A program made the position numbers and the translations under genes. 64,000 nt of DNA from positions 159,016 through 223,015 of the IMG/VR virus record IMGVR_UViG_3300021511_000003; one strand, written 5' to 3'. How positions within the stretch are numbered: position 1 is the first letter of the stretch; each line of letters begins with the position of its first letter. Shown in pieces: positions 48,741 to 58,596 of the stretch. The notes beneath the pieces are model-generated. The model had not been told where the DNA came from. It searched no databases and saw nothing but the letters and a program-made list of their open reading frames with translations.

Positions 48741-49850
48741 TTAGGCAGCCACTCGGGCTGATTTTATATATGTTCGTTTTAGAATTGAAACTGAATGTTC
48801 ACCAACTGCTGGTTGAAATAATTTCAGTCGTTGCCATTTGATTCGTTTTCCTGGCATGACAAAATCCTCTTCCCATTTTACATTTTTGAACCAGGATGGC
48901 ATTCTTTCAGGATTTATATAGTGGGCGTATTCTGATGCTCTGGTCATAAAGCGCAGTTTGGAGTTAACTTTCATTAGTTCTTTTCTGTCTGTATATGCAG
49001 CTACAAGCCCTTTTTGTGTTTCGGGATATATATGATATGTACCGGATCTAAATGTGTCTGGTGTATAAACCATAGATTCAAATGCAACAAATTTCTTTTG
49101 AATTGAATCCCCATATGTATAGTTATGGGTTTCTGGTTTTTCACTTGTTGTTGGAAAGTCTATACCGGCAGCCTTAATACGTTTTATTTCCTTGTTCAAA
49201 AAGGCAGCCTGGTCTGTCAATCGGTCTTCCAACATTTTGGTAATAATATAATGATGACCGAAAAATGATGTCCATCGATTCGGGTGAATGAAATTTTTAA
49301 ATATGATTTTATTTCCAGACCATAGTTTGTTTTCTGTAATGAAACGATTTTCTCTTATGGTAGGATCGAATTGAATTGTTTCCCATCCTGAGTAAAATTT
49401 ACCATCCTTTCCGGTAATTGAAAATGTGCGAACATCACCAACTTTGTCTTCACCAATAATATTCTGATCTATTATATTGACATTGAAAGAAAAGAAAAAT
49501 TTATTGGCTCCAACACTGATAAGCTCCCCGTTACGATTAAATCTAGATTTTAATACCTGATCTTCACGTATTTTCGTTTGAGTGTGGGGTTTGTAAGTTG
49601 GAATGTTAATTATAGCACCACGACCGGCAAGCGAATATAGAAAACATGCTAAATCCAAATCTGTACCTTTAAATATTCCATAATCATCATATGCAGGACT
49701 GGGTTTCCTGGTAAAAAGGTCATAGTTCCACCATTCAATGACTTGATCACAAATTGGTTGAATTTCAGCGTTTCGGTTAAGGATTGATACAACAAGTGGA
49801 TTCGACAAAATAGTTTTAATACTTTGGGCAACATGCTTTGGTGCTGTCAT
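48741..49850 (-). CDS. hypothetical protein (369 aa)
   Basis: Long ORF, no motif recognised. Confidence 0.7.
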   Translation of the reverse strand: MTAPKHVAQSIKTILSNPLVVSILNRNAEIQPICDQVIEWWNYDLFTRKPSPAYDDYGIFKGTDLDLACFLYSLAGRGAIINIPTYKPHTQTKIREDQVLKSRFNRNGELISVGANKFFFSFNVNIIDQNIIGEDKVGDVRTFSITGKDGKFYSGWETIQFDPTIRENRFITENKLWSGNKIIFKNFIHPNRWTSFFGHHYIITKMLEDRLTDQAAFLNKEIKRIKAAGIDFPTTSEKPETHNYTYGDSIQKKFVAFESMVYTPDTFRSGTYHIYPETQKGLVAAYTDRKELMKVNSKLRFMTRASEYAHYINPERMPSWFKNVKWEEDFVMPGKRIKWQRLKLFQPAVGEHSVSILKRTYIKSARVAA

Positions 49851-49865
49851 ATATTTGTTCCTTTT

Positions 49866-50411
49866 TTATGGTTGCATATTAGCAACACGGTTAAGTTCAC
49901 GAACAACATTAGTTGCTTCTTCTGCACAAAATTCATCTGGTACTATCAATGATTTATATAAAACTTCTTTTTCATGAAAATAAAATTCCTGGGTAATAAT
50001 TAAACAATCTGGTAAACTTCCTCCTAACTCATAAATAATAGTTGCAGCTCTTTTATGGACTGTATTGTATGCTACTATATTTCCTTGAGAATAGATTGTA
50101 TTCTTACGATTAATCCACTTTATATCCTTTTTAAATGTTCCATCTTTAGGACGAAGTGTTGTAATCAATATATATTTATCTGTATTATTGTGTTTCCATA
50201 CATGATATTCTCGAATTGCTATAGACTTCTCTATATTAACACTTTTACTACCCAGGTATTTATATGTTGGAAATATTGCGATTTCATTATGATATAGTGG
50301 GCGAAAATAATTAATATCTTCAATAACATCAGTTTCTATTTTTTCTACTCCAACACAACCTATTGTTATTAATAAAGATATTAACAGAATAAATTTTAAA
50401 ATATTTTTCAT
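49866..50411 (-). CDS. putative lipoprotein
   Basis: Signal peptide ending LITIGC. Confidence 0.6.
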   Translation of the reverse strand: MKNILKFILLISLLITIGCVGVEKIETDVIEDINYFRPLYHNEIAIFPTYKYLGSKSVNIEKSIAIREYHVWKHNNTDKYILITTLRPKDGTFKKDIKWINRKNTIYSQGNIVAYNTVHKRAATIIYELGGSLPDCLIITQEFYFHEKEVLYKSLIVPDEFCAEEATNVVRELNRVANMQP

Positions 50412-50422
50412 ATATGATCCTT

Positions 50423-50475
50423 TCTGAAAACTTTTGACATAAAAACACCTATATTTTTATGTCAAAAGTTTCAGA
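50423..50475. terminator. ~22-bp inverted repeat after vWA gene
   Basis: TCTGAAAACTTTTGACATAAAAA / TTTTTATGTCAAAAGTTTCAGA. Confidence 0.65.
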
Positions 50476-50480
50476 TAAAA

Positions 50481-51239
50481 TTAGAAGGTCAAGGTTTGGC
50501 TTGGTGCGCCAGTTCCAAGAGCTTGACTTTGGCTACTGATACTTTCACTTACAAAGTTGGCCAGCTTTGCCAGTTTGCCAGCTGTTGCATCTCCGATATC
50601 AATAAACTGCGTTAACCCGGCATCCTTGCAAAACCTTTCCAGTGAATCTATAACCTGTTGTTGTTTATTAACTTGTGGATCTTTCAAAGCAACCACAATG
50701 ATAACATTTGATTCGATTTCTTCATTCAACATGGCATCCGTATTTTTATCTTTGATTGATTTGGGTGTCATGGTAGATCGGTTATCCATTCCATCGGTAA
50801 TGATATAAATTGCACCATTACAATCAAAATCCTGATCAATCAACCGCTTAGAATATTCCAAGGTGGCACATACTGCATCATACGTAGCATCAAAGAGACT
50901 GGTCATACCATCGGGATACAAAGGAGAATAAGAATTTATGTCGATATCTCCAAGATTAATGAAACCATGAACTTCAATGATATTTTCGTTAAACAGTAAA
51001 ATACGAAGCAGTAGATTTTCTGACCGGGGGCTTTTCTGACATGCTTCAATTATGGATTTGATAGCATCCAGTAGATCATCGGCGAATCTGATTACGCTAC
51101 CGGAAATATCGCACACAATGGTCACCAGTGTATATTCGGTTGCACCCAATTCTTCAATTCTTATAGCAGAGAACTTGAATGAACCAGGTCCTTTAATATC
51201 AATTACTTGTGTATCATCTTTCCCCATCATTTTTGGCAT
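50481..51239 (-). CDS. vWA domain protein (TerY-like)
   Basis: MIDAS DISGS, DGMTSLFDA, IITDGMDNRS. Confidence 0.85.
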   Translation of the reverse strand: MPKMMGKDDTQVIDIKGPGSFKFSAIRIEELGATEYTLVTIVCDISGSVIRFADDLLDAIKSIIEACQKSPRSENLLLRILLFNENIIEVHGFINLGDIDINSYSPLYPDGMTSLFDATYDAVCATLEYSKRLIDQDFDCNGAIYIITDGMDNRSTMTPKSIKDKNTDAMLNEEIESNVIIVVALKDPQVNKQQQVIDSLERFCKDAGLTQFIDIGDATAGKLAKLANFVSESISSQSQALGTGAPSQTLTF

Positions 51240-51254
51240 TGTATATTACTCCTT

Positions 51255-51533
51255 TTAAAATGTTATATTATTGTCAATGATGTATCTCCCAATACGGCAC
51301 TCATAATCTGGACTGCTTTCAATTTGTGTGTGACTGTAACATGGGGTTTCTTTATACCACCATTTTGAATGAATACTACATGAATATTCTCCAGGTTTTG
51401 AACCTCTTAAATGTTTACAAGGACCATTCCCTTCATGTATGTCTATATTGTTTTCACTTATGGGTTTTTCTGGATCATCAACAATTACAACTATATATTT
51501 ATGACAGCAATACCCACAACGAAGACATATCAT
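51255..51533 (-). CDS. CxxCxxCC (YkgJ-like) Cys-cluster protein
   Basis: CLRCGYCC...CKHL...CSIH. Confidence 0.7.
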   Translation of the reverse strand: MICLRCGYCCHKYIVVIVDDPEKPISENNIDIHEGNGPCKHLRGSKPGEYSCSIHSKWWYKETPCYSHTQIESSPDYECRIGRYIIDNNITF

Positions 51534-52354
51534 AATAAATATTCTTTAGTTGTACTGACTTGCATTCCTCTTGCTTGCATATCCGCAACAAACTTATTAC
51601 CAATGTCCGAAAATAGTGTGGTGCCGGGAGGATCAGCTACATCAGATGTGGCATCTGTAAGGAGTACCATCTTTTTGATACTTTCCTTGCCAAATTCATC
51701 GGCAATGTCGATAACTGTATTTGCCAAACAATGTGATCTGGCTTCACCGGCAAGTAGGATAACATCTGCTTTTTCAAGGGTGTCAATCAACTTCATATTG
51801 ATATTTGTATCAGGATCTGATGTGTCAACCACGTCAGCCTTAACGGCAGAGTAATGTTCAGTTCGATAATTGGACCCCTTAGTTACATAATCAATGATAC
51901 CAAATTGTTCCTCCCATTCAAGAAATGCATCAAATAGAGGAGCATCAGGCTTTTCATTTATAACAGAACCACCCCAGCTACCGATAAGACAATGTGGAGG
52001 CCAAATACAAAGCGGATAACGTTGGTTATCTTCTAGAGCCTGAACATAATCCTGAACACGCTTCTGAAACTGTGGGTTTGTAGAACGATATAATCCTTGT
52101 TTTACATCTGATACACTGATGACTGTAAATGGGTCGGGATGTTTGCCGGCGGAATTGATCCAGAAAATCGGGTGGGCGATGTCAACAAAATGATGACTGT
52201 CGAGGGTAACATGAATATCATCAATCTTTTTTTTAAGTCGTATTATCATTGCTGCTAATCGTGCCATATCTTCGGTTGCTCCGGGAACATACAAAGAACC
52301 ATTTGGATGACAAAAATCATTCTGTGGGTCAACAACTAATAATTCAATTTGCAT
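51530..52354 (-). CDS. nicotinamidase/isochorismatase-family cysteine hydrolase (PncA-like)
   Basis: VVDPQNDF, LDSH, WPPHC, VTKG, GEARSHC catalytic triad D/K/C. Confidence 0.85.
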   Translation of the reverse strand: MQIELLVVDPQNDFCHPNGSLYVPGATEDMARLAAMIIRLKKKIDDIHVTLDSHHFVDIAHPIFWINSAGKHPDPFTVISVSDVKQGLYRSTNPQFQKRVQDYVQALEDNQRYPLCIWPPHCLIGSWGGSVINEKPDAPLFDAFLEWEEQFGIIDYVTKGSNYRTEHYSAVKADVVDTSDPDTNINMKLIDTLEKADVILLAGEARSHCLANTVIDIADEFGKESIKKMVLLTDATSDVADPPGTTLFSDIGNKFVADMQARGMQVSTTKEYLL

Positions 52355-52413
52355 TTTTTCTCCTTTTGAAGTTTTTTGTTTAACTATACAAGAAACCTAT
52401 AAGTATTGCAAAG

Positions 52414-52797
52414 TTATCTGGTTAGTAAATCTGCTTCTTTATTGAAACCACGTTTTACATGTTCAAGTTTCCACTCAGTAAAATAATGTTTTAATTTATA
52501 TCTTACTTGATTGCAAAGTATTAATAGTTTTGAATCTTTAACTTTCCATTTACCGTTTACTTGATTTACCACAAGAGCTGAATCTCCAAATATTTCAATA
52601 CTTTTGATATCAGCTTTTATAGCTTCATCCAATAATCTTTTCAATGACAAATATTCAGACTGATTATTTGTACCATAATCTAACTCTTCTGAATACTTAA
52701 TAATAACGGTATTGGATTTGTCTTTTATAACTCCTCCTATTGTCATAATACCAGGATTGGGTTTAGAAGAACCATCAAAAAATCCTTTAAATTTCAT
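52414..52797 (-). CDS. rnhA: ribonuclease HI
   Basis: FDGSS, TNNQSEY, GDSALVVNQV, NKEADLL. Confidence 0.9.
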   Translation of the reverse strand: MKFKGFFDGSSKPNPGIMTIGGVIKDKSNTVIIKYSEELDYGTNNQSEYLSLKRLLDEAIKADIKSIEIFGDSALVVNQVNGKWKVKDSKLLILCNQVRYKLKHYFTEWKLEHVKRGFNKEADLLTR

Positions 52798-53279
52798 CCC
52801 ATAAATCCTTTAAATTTAGATGTTTTATTCTCTTGAATATAATATACTACATTTTTGATAATATACTTTACGTCTTCATTTGAATAATTCAAATTTTCTA
52901 ATTCATTTCTGAAACCTCTTATAAGTAAAGCTGTACTATCACTTGATCTAAATGGTTCTGCTCCATAAGCTTTTAAAAAAGCTTGAAACATAGTAGGGAT
53001 TTGAGGATATGAATAATTGGTTGCAGCCCTACTACGTTTTTTAACATCATTTCTCCATGAGTTTAAATTACTACAACAACCAGCCCCGGCGTATAATTCT
53101 TTTCGGTAACCTTCTCCAATTAATCCTGGAAGACGCATAAGACCACAAAAATATCGTCCCTCAGATTCATCCCATTCAAGTTGGGGGCATTCAGTTACTC
53201 CTGGATATAATCTTCTTGCTGCCTCACATGGAGTTTTTAAACAACAATAACCACAACCAACACAAGATTTAATTTTCAT
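52794..53279 (-). CDS. CxxCxxCC Cys-cluster protein
   Basis: CVGCGYCCLKTPC...CPQL...CG...GCC. Confidence 0.65.
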   Translation of the reverse strand: MKIKSCVGCGYCCLKTPCEAARRLYPGVTECPQLEWDESEGRYFCGLMRLPGLIGEGYRKELYAGAGCCSNLNSWRNDVKKRSRAATNYSYPQIPTMFQAFLKAYGAEPFRSSDSTALLIRGFRNELENLNYSNEDVKYIIKNVVYYIQENKTSKFKGFMG

Positions 53280-53461
53280 AATTTTATTTTTTTAAAATCC
53301 AAATATATGTGGAGTTTTACAAGGGCATGTCAACAATCGATCTCCACGCTTTAGATCAGCCTCCTAATATATTTTTTTTAAATTAGTGTTTGTTTTCTAC
53401 TATATATATAATCTAGGAGGAGGTGTGTAAACACCCCCTCCTTTAACAATTCCTTAAAAAC

Positions 53462-55267
53462 CTACTCCTTTTTATTATTACGTGATAGACCTAAACTCAA
53501 ATTACTGGCACCAAGAATGGCTGCTGCACCCTCAAGACCACCTGCCTGACCCATAACAAATGTAGTCGGGAATTTGATCATATTGGGATGTGACGATGCT
53601 GCCGCAAGAACTTCTTTTACATATGCAAGTTCAAATGCCTTATCTTGGCCAAGCACGAGAGCCTGAGCTTTCTGTCCAGAGGCAACTGCTTTCAAATAAT
53701 TTTCTTCACCTATACCCTCTTTCTTACGGGCGGCTGCATTATTATCTGCAATAGTAATACCGATTTGGGATTTCATCAAACGACCTTGTTCATCGGCACG
53801 TGCTCGCTCTTTTTCAGTTTCAACACGTTCGCTCTGTGCGATCTTTTCCTGTTTATACGTAGCCATTAAAGATTCGGCAAGTTGTTTTCTTTTACCAGGA
53901 ATCAGAAGTGACGGCGGAACAGCAGGATCTCCAAAACGTACCCATTGAACAGTAAGACCAGCTTGGGCGCCGGCAGGTATTAACTTACGTGCAACTTCTT
54001 TTTCCAGTTCTTCTCTATGATAAAGAAGGTCAAGAACTTCACGGGGGCGAGTAATTTTCTGCATCTTGGGTTCACCCTTTGAATCGGGAATTTCATTACC
54101 ATCTTTGTCAATTGCAAGATTATACACTGGCTCACCTTCTTTATCAAGGACAGGTTCTTCAACAGTGACAACCTGTGATACAACATTCCGCAGGATTGAA
54201 CGATAATTGGGAGTAATGATTTTGTTTTCAACAGCTTCTAGACTCCCAACAGATGCAACAACAAACGGTGCATTCTCAGGTGTAACCTGAACTTGGACTC
54301 TGGAATCCTGAAATACATCCCATCCTTGAACACGAAGAACAATTGCCATATCGGCGGCATTTTCTGGAGTTATAATTTTTTCTTCATGAGGAGATTGAAC
54401 AATCTTTCCATCATCCCCAATTGTCAAATCAATCCATTTTCGAGTATACCCACCAATATATTTCCAGGTTTGAACTCTGGTATCAACGATTGTAACATCA
54501 TAGGCTTTCTCATTGAGATAATATTCACCTGCATTATATACATCATTCCAAACACCACGATAACCTTTAGGTACTATGGGAACAGACAGGTCAGTTTGTG
54601 TAATACCAGTTGGTAGAATTGGTGGTCCTTTATAATCTTCACCAACATTCGATTTAATAACAGCAACATGACCAGCTGGAACAGGAGTTGATGATCCCTC
54701 ATATGCTTCAAATAGATAACGATTTATTCTGTATTCACCAGGAGGTAATATGGTCAACTGCGGACCTTTGATACCTTTGGGGACACCATCTTTATTATCA
54801 TATCCCATAAATATCATTGCGTTAATCATACTACTTAAATCATCCCATTCCGAAGCAATGAATTGACCTTTTGGCATGGGATTTCCATCTTTGGCAACAA
54901 GTAGACCATATTTGCCTTGTTCAACTCTAAGTATTGGTAATTCTTCAATATCATGTGTAACCCGTATGAAAGGAATTAAATGAAAACCAGGAGCTAGAAT
55001 TTTTGCCTGGGGTCCTTTTTCATTTATATTAGCAATAATTCGCCCAGACGGCATCTGATTTCCGAAATAAATACGTTTGAGATGACCAACACTGTTCGAA
55101 TCAATAATAAGGCAACTGGTTGCCAAAAACGCTGTAAATGCAATACCAATTGCTGAACCACGAATCGTCAAACGAATCCACTTATTATTACTATCCCTAT
55201 CTGGAAACAAGTGAGGCACAGTAAAAGCTACAATAATACATATAACGATTAGAAACAAAAGTACCAT
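53462..55267 (-). CDS. SPFH/band-7 (flotillin-like) membrane protein
   Basis: Two N-terminal TMs, GPQAKILAPGFH, repeated PG/GEY modules, coiled-coil C-terminus. Confidence 0.8.
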   Translation of the reverse strand: MVLLFLIVICIIVAFTVPHLFPDRDSNNKWIRLTIRGSAIGIAFTAFLATSCLIIDSNSVGHLKRIYFGNQMPSGRIIANINEKGPQAKILAPGFHLIPFIRVTHDIEELPILRVEQGKYGLLVAKDGNPMPKGQFIASEWDDLSSMINAMIFMGYDNKDGVPKGIKGPQLTILPPGEYRINRYLFEAYEGSSTPVPAGHVAVIKSNVGEDYKGPPILPTGITQTDLSVPIVPKGYRGVWNDVYNAGEYYLNEKAYDVTIVDTRVQTWKYIGGYTRKWIDLTIGDDGKIVQSPHEEKIITPENAADMAIVLRVQGWDVFQDSRVQVQVTPENAPFVVASVGSLEAVENKIITPNYRSILRNVVSQVVTVEEPVLDKEGEPVYNLAIDKDGNEIPDSKGEPKMQKITRPREVLDLLYHREELEKEVARKLIPAGAQAGLTVQWVRFGDPAVPPSLLIPGKRKQLAESLMATYKQEKIAQSERVETEKERARADEQGRLMKSQIGITIADNNAAARKKEGIGEENYLKAVASGQKAQALVLGQDKAFELAYVKEVLAAASSHPNMIKFPTTFVMGQAGGLEGAAAILGASNLSLGLSRNNKKE

Positions 55268-55356
55268 TTTTTTAAATCTCCTTTTTTAAAATATAAATAG
55301 ATCGACATTAATAACACAAACGTTTATAAAGACACCTCCTTTCATATAGTAATTTA

Positions 55357-56109
55357 TTATTTGCATTTCATATCATTATAACCGCATCCTTCTATTCTAT
55401 GAACTTCTTTATGACAATCTTTACATAAAGTAATTACTTTATCAAGATCAGCACTTTCAAGAGGTTCCCATCTAATTCCTTCTATATGATGACAATGTAA
55501 CCCAACCTCCAACTTATCTTGATGTTTATTACATCTTTGACAAGTATAATTATCAAGTTCAAATCTCATTTGACGAAGTTCAGGTTGAACTTCTCTGGAT
55601 GTAGCTGGTTTATACTCTTTAGGATAATATTGTTGATTATATATTGAGCATTCTGTTTTACATTTCTCCGAGCAGTAAAATCTATGTTCTCCAAAGCCAA
55701 TGGAATTTATAGATCTTATTCTGTCAATAACGGTATGCAACTTTGGTATAAACCATTTACCACAATAAACACATCTAACCTCTAGTATATTTTGATCGTT
55801 TATACATCTTCGACATTTTTCAATAAACGATAATTGTGGGTTGTATGTATCATATTTTGGGATATTAATTTTATTATACCCTCCTTTCCAGTTATTATTA
55901 CCAGAACTCATCTGTGTTTTTTTCATTTTATTACTCATTATTTCTTTAGTTTTCAAAGAACGTTTTTTTCCAAGGTTTTTACCTTTTGTATTTTTACTGT
56001 TTATTTTTTTCATAGCTGGGCAAGAGTTATGACTTTTACTACAACACCATTTACCATTTTTTAACTGATAAATTGCTTTTTGATTGCAACCGTAATTACA
56101 TAATGGCAT
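55357..56109 (-). CDS. HNH endonuclease, paralog of 38949..39821
   Basis: Near-identical C-terminal HNH domain. Confidence 0.82.
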   Translation of the reverse strand: MPLCNYGCNQKAIYQLKNGKWCCSKSHNSCPAMKKINSKNTKGKNLGKKRSLKTKEIMSNKMKKTQMSSGNNNWKGGYNKINIPKYDTYNPQLSFIEKCRRCINDQNILEVRCVYCGKWFIPKLHTVIDRIRSINSIGFGEHRFYCSEKCKTECSIYNQQYYPKEYKPATSREVQPELRQMRFELDNYTCQRCNKHQDKLEVGLHCHHIEGIRWEPLESADLDKVITLCKDCHKEVHRIEGCGYNDMKCK

Positions 56110-56120
56110 ATTGCAATCCT

Positions 56121-56786
56121 TTATCTTTTATCTGGTAACCACATCCACCATCTATCTCCGAAACCTGGTGCACTGAGAGCATACCACTTTGTAGTATCCA
56201 GTAATGTCCCTTTATTATAAGTGTGCCAATGACCGAAAAACCATAAATCAGGTTTGTACATATCCCATAATGAAGATAGAGCTTGATTTGATGGTTCGTG
56301 TGTTTTTTCTGGATAAAATTTAATCAATTGTGGTACTAACTCACTTGGGCACGTATGAGTTATAAATATATCGATCTTGACATCTGGGAGATCTACTAAA
56401 TCTGCTTGTGTAATAATTTCTTCGGGAAACCAAGTAATACCAATAGTTCTCATATGTTGATCAATTGACCAAGCACCCCCCATAAACATTATGGTTCGAC
56501 CATCAGGTAATGTATAAATTGAACCTCTTGGCATATAAATAATTCCGGGTTCCAGTTCATCACTTTCTCTATTCTTTAACGACCAATGATCTTCATGATT
56601 TCCATCACACCATAATAATTTTTCTGCCCCTTGAAGTTTTATAGATGAAAGCGGAACACTCCAGCTTACCTTTGGCCAATATCCAAAGTCACCACAACAT
56701 ATAATAAGTTCTGGTTTCCTTCGGTTTATAAGTTCATTTAATTGACTAAAATTATTATGAACATCACCTGTTATTAGAACTTTCAT
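56121..56786 (-). CDS. calcineurin-like metallophosphoesterase
   Basis: GDVH, CGDFG, DGNHE, THTCP, FGHWH. Confidence 0.88.
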   Translation of the reverse strand: MKVLITGDVHNNFSQLNELINRRKPELIICCGDFGYWPKVSWSVPLSSIKLQGAEKLLWCDGNHEDHWSLKNRESDELEPGIIYMPRGSIYTLPDGRTIMFMGGAWSIDQHMRTIGITWFPEEIITQADLVDLPDVKIDIFITHTCPSELVPQLIKFYPEKTHEPSNQALSSLWDMYKPDLWFFGHWHTYNKGTLLDTTKWYALSAPGFGDRWWMWLPDKR

Positions 56787-57238
56787 AATAGACTCCTTAT
56801 TGTCATTAAAAGTTTACCCAACTGATTTTGACCAATTATTTTTTTACATTTTTTACATTTACAATCACCCCAATAATTATCATGCCAATAGTTTCCTTCT
56901 ATAAGTTTAGCATCCCCAGTTGATAAAATAAATTCTTTAAATTGATTTTGACTGAACTTTTGAAGTAAAAAATTTTTCATTCTTGCTATTTTAATAAGAT
57001 CCCAATCCTTTCTTAAATAAATTTTTCTTCCCATTAGTTTTGCTTTTCCAGCTTGGCCAGATTTAAGTTTGGAAATTTTATACCAGAATTCAGGCTTAAT
57101 ACTTTTACTGGCAACGAAGGCATGTTCAACAGTTGGGAAGTTGATATTATTGAATTTTATAATAACGGGATAAAAATTACTAAGTTGTTCATATTCATTC
57201 GCAAATCTATCAATTACTTTTAATTCTTGCATTATCAA
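56783..57238 (-). CDS. NADAR (YbiA-like) ADP-ribose N-glycosidase
   Basis: LSNFY, PTVEHAF, LIEGNYWHDNYWG, GQNQLGKLLM. Confidence 0.88.
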   Translation of the reverse strand: MIMQELKVIDRFANEYEQLSNFYPVIIKFNNINFPTVEHAFVASKSIKPEFWYKISKLKSGQAGKAKLMGRKIYLRKDWDLIKIARMKNFLLQKFSQNQFKEFILSTGDAKLIEGNYWHDNYWGDCKCKKCKKIIGQNQLGKLLMTIRSLL

Positions 57239-57626
57239 GTTCCTTCCTTACAGACACGACATTATTTGATAAATCAACATATGTTTGAAACCAATCATCT
57301 TCAATTAAATGTGTTGATGAAAAATGATGTAATGTTGCCTGATTAGTTGCTGCTGCTAATCTAAGACCATACATTTCGACTATAATTGAACGACAATTAT
57401 ACATCATAGATGCTTCTTTTAATGTTGTTTTAAATACTTTATCAACACTCATGAGTGTAGCATTTTGTATATTTTTAATATCTTTATGATGAAAATATAT
57501 AGGTCCATATTTTAAGAAAACTTTACCTCTTTTATTTAAACTGGCAGTCATTGGGTAAACTGCAACTCCTATAATATAATGATGAGGAATTTTTGGATCT
57601 GCTTTTAGTTCTGTTAAATTATACAT
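57210..57626 (-). CDS. hypothetical protein
   Basis: First gene of the minus-strand block. Confidence 0.55.
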   Translation of the reverse strand: MYNLTELKADPKIPHHYIIGVAVYPMTASLNKRGKVFLKYGPIYFHHKDIKNIQNATLMSVDKVFKTTLKEASMMYNCRSIIVEMYGLRLAAATNQATLHHFSSTHLIEDDWFQTYVDLSNNVVSVRKELDNARIKSN

Positions 57627-57665
57627 TAAACACCTCTATTTTTTAGAACAAAATTTAAATAAACA

Positions 57666-58325
57666 ATGAATATTTTAAATAAGGAGAATACTATGAATGA
57701 ATATCCATATCCATTATTTGATGAAAAGGGTAAAGTCAATTGCCAAATATGTGGTAAACCATTTCTTGTAATATCGCCAAAACATTTACAAAAACATAAT
57801 GTAAAACATGCTGATTATGTAAACAGATTTCCAAATGCTCCTTTATCAAATAAAGAATTTGCAGCTCGTGGAAAGTATGGTAAAATCAATAACGATATGT
57901 TTATACAATCTGAAAGTGAACCAGTAATTGGTGAGCATATTCTTGTTACTGAACCAGAAATAGAGGAAATGGACGACATTGAAAAGTTCATTAAAACTGA
58001 AATGAAATCCACAAATCCTATGAAAGCAATGAAAAATAAATTGCGAGATCATTTAAGACTTTACTTTTCAAACATCAAAGTTGATTACTTGATTAGACAG
58101 TTTGGAACTGATAAGAAATTAAAGTATGAGTTTATAACTGATTTTTGTGATCCAATATTAAAGGTTGTAATTCAATTTCCAGATACCTTTTGGCACAACC
58201 ATGATATGGCGATTGATCTTAATAAAACAATAAAATTAAATAAATATGGATGGAAAGTTTATGAGATTCATTCTAACAACCCTTCGTTTGAAAAAATTGA
58301 CAAAATACTAGGAAAATGTAACTAA
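57666..58325 (+). CDS. Zn-finger + DUF559-like nuclease-fold protein (possibly inactive)
   Basis: CQICG..HLQKH; ITDFCD..IQFPDTFWH (Q in place of catalytic E). Confidence 0.6.
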   Translation: MNILNKENTMNEYPYPLFDEKGKVNCQICGKPFLVISPKHLQKHNVKHADYVNRFPNAPLSNKEFAARGKYGKINNDMFIQSESEPVIGEHILVTEPEIEEMDDIEKFIKTEMKSTNPMKAMKNKLRDHLRLYFSNIKVDYLIRQFGTDKKLKYEFITDFCDPILKVVIQFPDTFWHNHDMAIDLNKTIKLNKYGWKVYEIHSNNPSFEKIDKILGKCN

Positions 58326-58399
58326 TGTGTTTTAATATTTAGAACAAATAACTAATAAATTACTAATCAATTATATAGTAAAGTTAATAAAAATGTTAC

Positions 58400-58425
58400 G
58401 GGGCACTACGAATGGGTGGTGCCCC
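58400..58425. terminator. GC-rich hairpin
   Basis: GGGGCACTAC / GTGGTGCCCC followed by ATTTT. Confidence 0.55.
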
Positions 58426-58596
58426 ATTTTCCCACCTAAAAAACCTACCTAAAAAAATAATACAAAGAATGTGGTTCTCTTTGTTATTAATATATATAGA
58501 TTCTATTAATAAAACCAATTATGCATCTCGCAAAAAATAATCTAATTAGACTATAAGTTTAGAACAAAAAATAAATAAATAGAGGTTAGATTATAT

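Noticed and set aside
41615-58415. Shared CTACGAATG 9-mer in two terminator hairpins (about 41619 and 58406)
   Set aside because: Only two occurrences, in different stem registers; could be chance.
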